64,000 nucleotides of DNA from Botryllus schlosseri (Eukaryota): assembly GCA_051294905.1 (NCBI GenBank), contig CM119372.1:9984001-10048000 (forward strand), written 5' to 3'. Shown piece after piece: positions 25,574-36,490 of this stretch; the first letter of the stretch is position 1; the number at the start of each line of letters is the position of its first letter. Position numbers and translations under genes: made by a program. The notes beneath the pieces were generated by a model. It was not told the DNA's origin. It searched no databases and was given only the letters and a program-made list of their open reading frames with translations.

Positions 25574-27470
25574 CTATAAAATGCAATCAAAATTTACGTC
25601 GGAATCCGTGTGTATGATTAGTGAACAAGAGACTAAAGCTTTAACATGCGATCAACGTGATCCACGGTGTGTGGGTGAAAGCAGGCGAACATAGCAGCCG
25701 AATCTCGCCTGCTGTAGAATCGAGTGACTGATTTTTCCAATTTAAAATAAGCACGACATATTGAAATGAAAGTAAAGTAATATAACATAATGGCTTCATT
25801 GGCACAAAGCCTCGGGCACACTTTGTTCACTGTATAGGACCCTGTCACATCTGGTAACCATTCGCCCCGCATGCATCTTATTGCCAAGAGAAAAAAAGAA
25901 GACACAGTGAAGGGCGTTCGTGGAGTGTGGAATGTTTCAACACATGATCTGGCTGGAAGATCCCGTAACGTCGACAGCAGTTTTCAAATGACTCCCTAGT
26001 AGCTAGATTCTAGACTTTAAAGAGCTCTAAAAACTTGGAAACAATAACTGAAATTGAAGCGTGGCTTTGTGTGACTGCAGCGGTCTCAGTCCTGTTGCGT
26101 GTGATAATATCATACTTTAACTTTTGCGGTAATCCTCGTTAATACGAAAACTTGTGTATGACTATATAGGTGACTTCGATTCAGAGTTGGAGAACTAGAA
26201 TTATAGCTACACAGATTTTTCATCCAAATTATAACAAAATTACCGAATTCACAAAAACGTGCTAAATGAATTAAATTCCGAAGTACAAAGAAAATCAACA
26301 AAAATCAAGTTCAGTTCATATAACATCGTAGTTCATTCCCATAAGAATGAGAATGGCAAATGTCTGTAGACAAAGCTTGAATCGCTACGCAAAATCAAGT
26401 TCTTCTGTATCATTTTCAGGATATCCAGAAATTAGAATTAGAATTGAAATTAGAGCAGAGAAAAATTCCACAAATTAGGTTAGAATTTGATTATAGCATT
26501 TCGCTCTAAATAGTCTAATTATGCATCTACAATTATTATCTAGTTGTCCAAGTCTTTTACGACTAGCAAAGAAACTTATATTACGATTGTACTCATCGCG
26601 TTGAATACGGAACTTAAGTTGACGTTTTGAAGGCTTGAAACTTATCACCTTCCTGGCCGCGGCTACACCACTTATCACAAATTACAATAATGGTATATTA
26701 ATAATAATAGCGATGTTGACGAGACAACACTTTAGGTCAAAATTCCATTGAAACTTGATCTTCGCTATTTCCGTTCTGCTTCATCCATGCTGATATGTAT
26801 ATCTAATTGTGTAATGACAAGAGATGTACATTTTGAAATTATCACTGTTTTGCAATGTCGCGTCTGTCTCTGTCACCGGGATATTCCGGAACAAACTAAC
26901 TAATTGTGTTAGGCAAACTACCCTGTTCCCAGTTTCCACTGGCCGGGTTACCGCTGCCAAGTTCTCATTGGATTCGACTTAGCGTGCACAAATACGACGA
27001 CATGCGCATTGCGCATACTGAGGCCAAAATAAGCTCGTATTGGAGTATTATAACATCGCTATTCTTGAACTATGCATGAGTTCTAAATTGACAGTAAATG
27101 CTGTAAATTCGTCTCGCAGTGATGTACGTAATGCACTGCCTAAACCCAGGACACTGATATCAATATCATAATTTATACAAGATTCCATTTTCTGATAGAG
27201 GCGTGACTCTCATAGACACTCATAGACAGTCAAAGTTCCTTGAGCTAATTTTAGGAATCATACGTTAGTACTTCTCGGAAGCACACTTATCATGGTCTAC
27301 GCGTACGTACGATTTCAATTGGAATATACTCTTGAGAAATTCAAGGCAGCACGCACAGAACACATAAATAGTAGACATACATCATATTGGCATGTAACGC
27401 TGCAAATAACACTACACTTCAGAATATATCATTGGTAGGACGTATTGTGTATGCTGATGAATGTTGAAGG

Positions 27471-27544
27471 ATGTCATCTTACAATTCATCGACTGCGATG
27501 GCTAAAAGTCACGGATTTCAATCGTTGAACGAATCCTCGACGCC
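27471..27544 (+). CDS. Extra first coding exon (paralog-3 type): alternative first exon of paralog 2, or orphan relic
   Basis: ATG..CC|GTGAGT, 74 nt, phase 2, MSSYNSSTAMAKSHGFQSLNESSTP; homologous to 55983-56056, with about 400 bp of upstream sequence also homologous (approx. 27050-27470 vs 55600-55980). Confidence 0.6.
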
Positions 27545-29385
27545 GTGAGTACAAAATCCTATATAGATGTGTATCGCAGCATGTCCACTAGCTACAGAAT
27601 AGGGCGCACCAGGCGTTACATTTTTTAAAAAATCGCCTGTGTTGGAATTTGTCGAAGCCGGTTGTTGATTCACGTAAAACCCATTACTGAATTGGATGGT
27701 CGTTCCGTCGATCTGCTATTTTGGAGTCCTGATTCATCGTCTGGATCTAATCAGCGATCAAATTAATCAGGTGCTTTGTTATTGACATGGTATTGTAAGG
27801 CTGACATATATCGTCGCCGTATAGCTTGATGACTGCCAAAGGGTTATTGCTGCTCTGAATACGCATTAAATGATCAATGCTGGTAATTAACCAGTTCAGA
27901 AATGGGAAGCTTGGCATTTTCAGATTTATAAAAACGACATCGCCATGACTATATTACTATATTATTATTATATAGCATTGTGTCTAATCGCATTGTACAT
28001 TGTGTGTAACTTGTTCATATGAAAATTATAACCCAATGTTGTTGTGCTATTACCGAACATCAAAATCAATAACTCAAATCGACCTTCATCATCAGTGGTC
28101 AATGATTGGATGCATTTCTCTCTGTCCGGCGAATTTTAGTTTAAAACCGTTACCATTGCAAATTTACAAACTCCATATACCATGTAACTATATGTAGGCT
28201 AGTCAATATTACACGTGCTGTCTGTTAGCGATTTATTAGGGTCACAGTTATCGGTTGAAAATTTACTATCAACAAATGATACACAGGATGCGAAGGATGG
28301 GTTAGAACAGGGGCTAGAACAGGTAATTTTTGGAGTAGAACAGGATGGAGTTGACATGTTTTCGTCTTGCGGTATCTGTCTATAAGGATTTTTGAGGAAA
28401 TCACCGCAAGAGCTCAGACTGAATTGGTATCTTCCTGCAAGATGCTTATAAATAGTGCATAGTGAACATAATTGCAGGGGCGTAGCCAGGGTGTCTCGGG
28501 GATCGAGTTTGAGAACCACTGTGCTAATGGTGGTCCGGTAACCTCGAGCCCTGATTAGTATTTAGCATTTCCAATACGTTGCAGCCTTGTTCAACCTCAT
28601 TTCAACAAGCCAGTGTTGGCTAACCTGCAGACGTACGGTCGCATGCAGCCGTTAAACAATAATTATGCGGCCCCAATACACATAATTAAATTAGCGTGTG
28701 CTGGCGACAGTCAATATGCAATTTGAATTAACGAATTGGTTCTCCAATCTTTGAGAGATTTTAATTAAACTTGAAAATTTTATTCACGCTTGGCGCGATT
28801 CAGGGTTACTTGGATTTTTCGTTTTTAGTATGATAGTGAAATCTGAGCCCCACAGCTTAAATGCGAACCGGAGAGGAAAATGATGTACCCCATGAACGTA
28901 TAGCAAGTATCGGAATCGTTTGCGTCTCACGAATGAAAGTTATTCTCGTACGTTTGGGCGATTCCGATACGTATTTCTAGATGCCTATGATCCCGATGGG
29001 CTGTGAAAAACAACAACATCCAACAACGAGGTTAATAAAAACCGAAAATGCACCATCATTGATTTTGTGCCCAACAATTTCAAAAACACCCCTCTGTCAT
29101 CTCTAGCGGTTAATTTGGTAGCTAGATAGTAATCCTGCGGGATGTGTTGCTGGTACAATTAGAAACTTTTATACGCAAGGTATATCTCAAGATATCAGTG
29201 ATGGCACAGAACACCAAAAGGGCTCTCCACGGTGCGGAGTTTCCAGTGGCCAATTTAACATGGGTATAAGACGACGTCCAGATTGGCAATGACGACTCTC
29301 CGCCAGAATGCGGCCTTATGCTATATATGGAATCGAAGTATGGCCGTGAATAGCAAAAAGATTGAAAACTCCAGGATTAGGCTTG

Positions 29386-31551
29386 CAGGGTTGCCATCGA
29401 CATGGATCAAAAAATAAGGACAGTCGAAAAATTAAATTAGCATGAAAAAGCGTTTTTGTACATATACTGTATTTATACGAGCCGTGGCATATCACATTCC
29501 ATACTTTTCACCAGAAACAATCTGCTCCAGCCACTCCCTGTTATTAGAAAGTGCTTCATGGATCTCGCGACAGCTCAGTTCTAGGTTTACCTTTATTTAG
29601 GGCCGAAACAGCACTTCGTCAGCCCCCCCCAAAAAAAATACCGTTGGTGTTGCCCCCTGGGGTGATAAACCAAATTTCGTCACCTCGTTAAGACGAGGCG
29701 TCAACCAAGATGGAAAAAGGCCGCACACCAAGTTTAGACAAATCATTTTTGAGCGTATGGAGCAACAACTCCTGTAACAATGCTTGTCGTCTTGGTCCTG
29801 GCCGAAGAAAACTTATTTGCAATGTTGGAATCGGAGAATATTGCTTTTAACAACTGCGATGTGTAATCGTTGGTGAGGAATGATTGCTGGTGTTTGACAG
29901 TATAGAATGCCTAGGTACCCTCTGCAGCTGCTGCCTTGTAGTCTGAGGTCGTTGGTGCTGATCGACTTGTGGAAAAATTATTCATTGACTGGCTCAAATT
30001 AATCATCATGACACACTTCTTGTGTTTTGGGGTATCAGTGTAAGTTGAAGTAGCGGTCTTTCCTATGGCCTCCAGGTTAATGTCACAATTGCAGATATTG
30101 CTATGTGCGAAACACTCGCCCTTCAATATTCGTTAGATACCGTTGAATACTCACTCATAATCGACACGAAAAACGATTTCACGCCCGTTTATTTCACTAA
30201 TCAGATTTAGTCTTCTTTGTAGCTAAAACTATATGCGCAAGTGCAATATAATTTGGAGAAATTTAGCAATGATTTATAGCTTTACTACTTTTTAACCAAT
30301 GTGTCGACTGCACTGCGCTTTTTTTCACTACGCAATAAATGCGGCTTTCCCCACAGCTTGAGCTTATTCTGCTGTGGACCAAACAGCAGTAACCTGGCAC
30401 TGCTGTTTACTGCTAAAATGACGTCCGCTGCGGTAGCTTGGTACAGCCGAAACTGCTGTACCCTCACTCACTGCCCTAGCTATCTCACTATTTAGAAGTC
30501 AAATCTTGTGGTGTGTACGTCACGAGAGTTCCTTTCATTTATGATGTCATAAAATCTCGACGAATAAGCTTAATTTTAGAATATTATGCAACATGCAACA
30601 TGGATACCAGAGGAAAACGATCGAAGTTTTGTAGCGGTTGAAAATAAGACAAAATAAGGACGCAAGTCGAAAATAAGGACATTTCTTAGAAATAAGGACA
30701 GTCAAGTTTTCTAAGACGTGGCGCTTCAAAATAAGGACAAATCTTAGAAATAAGGACGGTATGGCAACCCTGCATGCATAGGTTGCCATACCGTCCTTAT
30801 TTCTAAGATTTGTCCTTATTTTGAAGGGTCACGTCTTAAAAAACGCAACTGTCCTTATTTCTAAGGAATGTCCTTATTTTCGACTTGCGTCCTTATTTTT
30901 TCTTATTTTCAACCACTGCAGAACTTTGATCGTTTTTCTCTGGCATTTGTGTTGCATAATATTCATAAATTCTGCTTTTGCGTCGAGATTTTATGACATC
31001 ATAAAGGAAAGGAACTCGTGTGACGTTCACGCCATAAAATTTGACTTCTAAGTGGTGAGATAGCTCGGGCCGTGCCCTTGAGTGGTTTCGTCTGTACCAA
31101 GCTACCACGGCAGACGTCATTTTAGCAGTAAACAGTAGTACTCGGTTCCTGCTGTTAGGTCTACAGCAGAATAAGCTCAAGCTGTGGAAAAGGCAGCATT
31201 TATTGCGTAATGAGTAAAGGCGTAGTGCAATCGATACATTGGTTAAAAAGCAAGCAGTAAGCTGTTAATCATTGATAAATTTTTCTAAATTATATTGCAC
31301 TTACGCCAACGCTTATTTAGGAAGGGGGGGTGACGAAGTGTTGTTTCGGTCCTGAGTAAAGGTAAATCTAGACCTGAGCTCTCACGAGATGCATGAAGCA
31401 CTTTCTAATAACAAGGAGTTGCTGGAACAGATTGTTTCTAGCGAATATGCTACGGCTCATAAAAATACAAAAGATGTTCAAAAACGTTTTTTCATGCTAA
31501 TCTAATTTTTCGACTGTCCTTATTTTTGAGTCTATGTCGATGGCAACCCTG
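29386..31551. mobile_element. Two inverted, adjacent deletion derivatives of the Blackjack-like hAT element (palindrome)
   Basis: Outer ends CAGGGTTGCCATCGACAT / ATGTCGATGGCAACCCTG; centre GGACGGTATGGCAACCCTGCATGCATAGGTTGCCATACCGTCC at approx. 30755-30796; left copy keeps transposase N-terminal relic 29911-30126. Confidence 0.88.
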
Positions 31552-31987
31552 TTTATATGGAATCAGAGAGTTATGTGGTCAGGGCTCAGGGGTGTACAAG
31601 TTTTGAGTAAACGGTAAACGGGTGTACCACGACGAACTAGGTCGAAGAAAACTGAGCTAGAATATTAGTAAACGGTTATATGAAGCTGTAATTAGAGTAC
31701 GTTGCCTGATCAAACTACCGTACGTTATATTTTGATTGGAAATTCGGCTATATAAAGTTTGGCTAGTCGAGAAGCTTGCCAACTCGGTCGCAATTCTACC
31801 GTGCTTGTAATCACTTCCTACCTCTCAAGGCGTATCCTTGAGATCCTGTCAATATAAACCACTGGTTTATAGGTAAGAAAGTAATTTATTGGCTAGCTAA
31901 AGTTCACGCCAATTTAACGGTAGCAGTCGCAACATGTTAACAACAGTCAACTCTCTGGCCTAATCGTAGATCTAAATACAATAACAA

Positions 31988-32445
31988 TATATATATCGGC
32001 TTTTCAATTAGATAAAATAAAATGAAAAGGGCAAAAGAAAACAGGAAACAAAAAAACATCGAGATAATCAGTCTTAGGCTCGTATTAAGCGTCTCCAACG
32101 TAGGCGGTCGTAAGCGTCTTCAAGCGACAGCCCGCGTTGCGCTAGGTCAGTCTTCATTGTCGAGCGCCATGTTTTCCGATTCCAGCCACCTCTGCGCCAT
32201 GACTCCGTGGGAATGTGATTGATGATGGCGGCGGCTGGTTGCTCGTCTTGATGCCGCACTAGATGGCCGATTAGGCGGAAGCGTCGTTCAGCTGCCAGTA
32301 GACTGCATGTGACCGTTCCTGTGAGTTCTCGCAATGCATTCGTGGATATATGCTCCTGGTGGTGAATGCCGAGTGCATAGCGGAGGAGTGCGTCGTAGTT
32401 AGCGTTGAGCGTCTTAGCCAGCTTCTCTGTCAGCGTGAGTGCCTC
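31988..32445 (-). mobile_element. 5'-truncated RTE-clade LINE
   Basis: ORF 32074-32460 has the RTE C-terminal pattern RRFRLIGHLVR..RRGG..RKTW..DL..AYDRLRWR; flanking direct repeat ACAATAACAA (31978-31987, 32446-32455). Confidence 0.82.
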
Positions 32446-33554
32446 ACAATAACAACACACTCAACAAAACAATCTCACATTACAACCCATTCTCCGTAAT
32501 TCCTAGCTCAGATAAGATAGAAATACCTGAATGAATCACATAAATATGCAATCGACTGGAGGGAATATGACACTGAAACTACGAGGGCAATGGCGCCACA
32601 GCAGGCACCAGTGAGCGGGATGGCTCATGTACAAATCGAACAATTACTCGTGTTACAGAAGCCACTAACTCTTGTTTATAAGAATAAGCTTGTGTACCTT
32701 CCAAAACGAATGAAAACTCACCCTTTGTATCCATCAATTAGGCATAAAGACATGTGTTGGCATCCCTATTTCGCTTAACAGTCTGTTCTATGTACTGCCT
32801 TCCTTGGCAGACAACAACTATGACGACCTATCCACTTTTCCTATTTCCGCTCGGTCTCAGAGGACCACCTTGTGGCGGGCCGCAGGTCCCTTTGAGGAAG
32901 TACTTCGTAACCGGTGTGTCCACGACACACTATAGGGGTTCTCTCTCTGAACCACTCTCTGGGATTCCGTCTAGGTCGAGACATACACTCTACCCATACA
33001 TATGATTTTTGGTGATACGCCAGTCTTGGTCATCACTAGTGGTAAGCAAATAGGCCCGACCAGTAATCGAATTATGACTGTTTGTGGCTCTGTAGTCGTG
33101 TGCGGGTGCCGTTCGCATATATGGGAGGGTATAATATGGGGTTCGAAATCGGACCCTCTCATTCTGTAATGTCAATTCTATCTCTAATATATTTACAAGT
33201 TCATTTGAAATCAAGCAATTGGTATCACGCTGTTGCGCTTCGACCGAATGATGCCACGATGGCACTTTCCAAGGTGAAGTCTCGCATTTCTAAATTGCGG
33301 TATCTGAAAGGGAACAGCGTAATTCATAAATGATTTCCAATGATTTGCCATCTGCATTCATTATCATGTCTTCGCTTTGTGTGAAAAATTTATTTTATTT
33401 TATTTTTCTTCTTTTAACACTCTATTGAAGCCCAGTTCATTTTGTGCACTAGTATTCTGTAGTATAATGTATTAGATGCTTAGTTATATGGGTAGTATGG
33501 TAGATTGTGGGTTTTATGACTCAGCGAAAGTTTGGGGTTCTGCGATAAGGCTTA

Positions 33555-34180
33555 CAGGTTAGCGTAAGCGTTCCCCAGGCTATAATAAAGGTTGGGAACC
33601 ACTGTATTGAGCGCGATATCTCTAGCTAAATCTATGTACGTGCATGGCCTACTACTGTTTTTAGTAGGCCATGGTACGTGATACGAAGGAAGAATAATAT
33701 TTTCGTGGCGATAAATTTATCAAGAGATCGACGTAGTTCTCGCCATATCTTGGTCACTTACTTGGTAAGCCTACGATACTCTCTCACCATGGATTGTATG
33801 AACCCTAGAGTTTTAGCTTTTAGTCTCATTCGCGCAACCTAAACTTTATCGACGTATCTGAATAAACTTCATTGAGTGTATCTGTGGATTAAGAATTCAC
33901 TACCCATGCAGGACAACAGCAGACGGGAGGTCAAGTTACATTAGGTTAGCTACCACTGTATTCCTGGTGGAGCAAGTTCGTTCGTCAGTTACAGTGGGTA
34001 GACCATCATGATATCGGTTTTGATTAGTGGGGATTATTGGGAAGTTCCACCAGACCTATAAAGTATATAGATATAAATATGTCGGCCAGAGCGGAAGAAA
34101 AAAATATCCGTGTCAGCAATCGTCTGCGAAACAGACCTACGCGTGGATATTTTATAGCACGTTACGTGTCGGAATAACCA
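33555..34180 (+). repeat. Non-coding block shared upstream of paralogs 2 and 3 (partner approx. 52690-53460)
   Basis: Collinear similarity including identical GGGATTATTGGGAAGTTCCACCAGACCTATAAAGTAT; no transposon ends seen. Confidence 0.75.
33643..33673. mobile_element. 31-bp P-like micro-insert or excision footprint
   Basis: CATGGCCTACTA-CTGTTTT-TAGTAGGCCATG between 7-bp TSDs GTACGTG; the homologous site near 52750 has one GTATGTG and no insert. Confidence 0.75.
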
Positions 34181-35210
34181 AAATTTACACCATATATACA
34201 ATCGGAGGTGTAATCGCCAGTCAGCATAAACATTTAGGAAGAACTACTTAAAACTTTGGGCGCGGGCGAAACAGTACGCTAACGGATCTCTTGTGACGCA
34301 TTGAAAATAGATAACGTTACAATCCTTAAGTCTCATTCGACCCTGATTACGCCACAGCATGCTTATATGATAGGCATATGCTTGGACGATAACTCTCTCC
34401 TAACATGTTCATGTTCAGGTCATATTGGTCATTATTCCACAAGGATTAGGAATCGACTTCGATATTAACAAAATCAACAAAATGCTGAATGTGGTCTGAA
34501 GATTGTACAGAAGCAAGTTGAGAAGCGATTAAGCACCTCGGGAAGAACGACTGCTCTTTCACGATATCAACAAATGAGATCACAATTCACGGCATAAGTC
34601 TGACAATAATGTATTTGATATACCATTGCATATTTTTGAGCGTCACCTGTGGCATTTATTACTCTTCAACCAGGAAATAGGTTAGTGAGTTGCATTCACA
34701 GTTTTTGCAGTGCATACGTTTGTACGTCGGTATACAGTGTGGGGTTTGTACATTGCAGTTTAATGCTTTGTTGTTGTAACGACTAACGAGTATATATGGC
34801 ATATGATTGTCGCTGTGGATTATTTTATGACTAAATTGGAAATATTCCATTAACAAAATATTTATTTGACATTTGACGAATATTAGATTCACAGATTGCT
34901 AACTTACAAGATACATATATGTGCATATAGGCATCGACTTCAGTTTCTCTTAACACTTGTTATACAACAGTATGAGGGTTACAGACGACTGAAAGAGACG
35001 ATGAGTAGTAGGAATATAGCACTAACTCAGAAGACTATGAGCGGGTGAAATACTGATATTATAAATATATTCCAAAGGCGAAATACAGACTTCGTATCAT
35101 ATTTTTTCGAACGAAAAGTAACGACCCCAAAGACTGGAAAGCGGGCACAGTCAGTCAGACCCATAATTTCAAGGATAATTGGGCAAGTTCTATCACTCTA
35201 AATGTTGCAC

Positions 35211-35617
35211 CATAGTGTCCTATATGGTGTCGACACAGGCAAATCTCACGCCTCAGTGAAATTGTATCACGTCACAATTTCCATTTGGCTACAGGCAATT
35301 TGACGGTCATTTATGACCGGCATGCCGAGCATTAAATTTGGTAAAATGGGTATCAATCGAAAGCTGACTCTGTACTGATTACAAAAATATAAATTTTATT
35401 CCGCTCGTGGCCCTGGAACTCCCACAATCAGCCTCGAATTTCTCATTGTTATGGAGATTGGCATTGGGACGCAACAATGCTGTCTGGCGAAACGGGAGAG
35501 TAGCTCAAGAGAAAAAGAGCCAGACAGCATTGTTGCGTCCCAAATGAAAATTGTGACGTGATACAATTTCACTGAGGCGTGAGATTTGCTTGTGTCGACA
35601 ACATATAAGACACTATG
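35211..35617. mobile_element. Long-TIR MITE, P-superfamily-like
   Basis: About 75-bp TIRs starting CATAGTGTC and ending GACACTATG, perfect 7-bp TSD GTTGCAC (35204-35210, 35618-35624). Confidence 0.8.
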
Positions 35618-36490
35618 GTTGCACCATGTAATTTGAACACGAACAATTCAAATAAATAGATGAGCAACACGTGATTCACGGTTGAGTACCGCGATGCAGC
35701 TACCAATTTCTTGTATCTTCGTAAACAGATATTGTATGCCAACGGCCGGACAGTATTAAATCTGGGGTAGGCATCACTTCTTTGCTAAGTTCGGAGTATG
35801 TTGCTATTCGGACGTCTTCAGTGTGATCGGAGTCTTCGGACTGTGTACGCTCGCACTGTGTTCGACCACTTGGACATCATGTCTGGAGTATGTTAGCACT
35901 GTGTTCCGCCACTCAGACATCATGTATTTGGTATGTTCGAAATGTGTTGCTACTCGGACATCATCGCTTCAGTATGAACGGAGTCTTCGGACTGTGGACA
36001 CCCCGGGCATGATGTCTGGAGTATATTTGCACAGTGTTCCGCCACTGTGGACGGAAAGCTGGATAATTTAAGCAAATTTTGTAACAAAGCGAGTAAAATT
36101 TTGAGATTCTCAAGGTGTTCAGTGTTGAATTTTTTTGCTGCAAGCGCCATGCATAGAGTTGCCCGCAGTTGAAATGCTATAAATTCCAATCAAAGATGTT
36201 ATAATGAAGTGAAAATATTATTATGTGAAAAAGGTTCACAGTGCAGAACCTGCCAAGGTTCGTTTGTGAACGCGAACCTCTAGATTTCTGAGGTTCACAC
36301 ACAGAACGCGAACGTGAACATCACTTTCACGCCATCCCCAGTTACTATTTTCATAACTTTCTTTCGCCAACATGCCCCTAGTCGAGCCCATTAACAATTT
36401 TGCTATCCGGCATTTGTGATTTGTACTACTACTATAACCAATGTCTAAATATACCAGTTGAGCTATTTGCATATACTTTTCTTCGTAACC

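Noticed and set aside
26811..26826. 16-bp inverted match to approx. 59588-59603 as evidence of an inversion
   Set aside because: Does not extend convincingly; a match this short is plausible by chance in 64 kb of AT-rich DNA.
28200..29380. Inverted copy of paralog 1 intron 1 implying a further hidden gene
   Set aside because: The shared sequence appears to be transposon interior; no type A exon found nearby on the minus strand.
35790..36050. CRISPR-like spaced repeats
   Set aside because: Irregular degenerate tandem repeat in eukaryotic DNA; no constant repeat with unique spacers and no cas genes.
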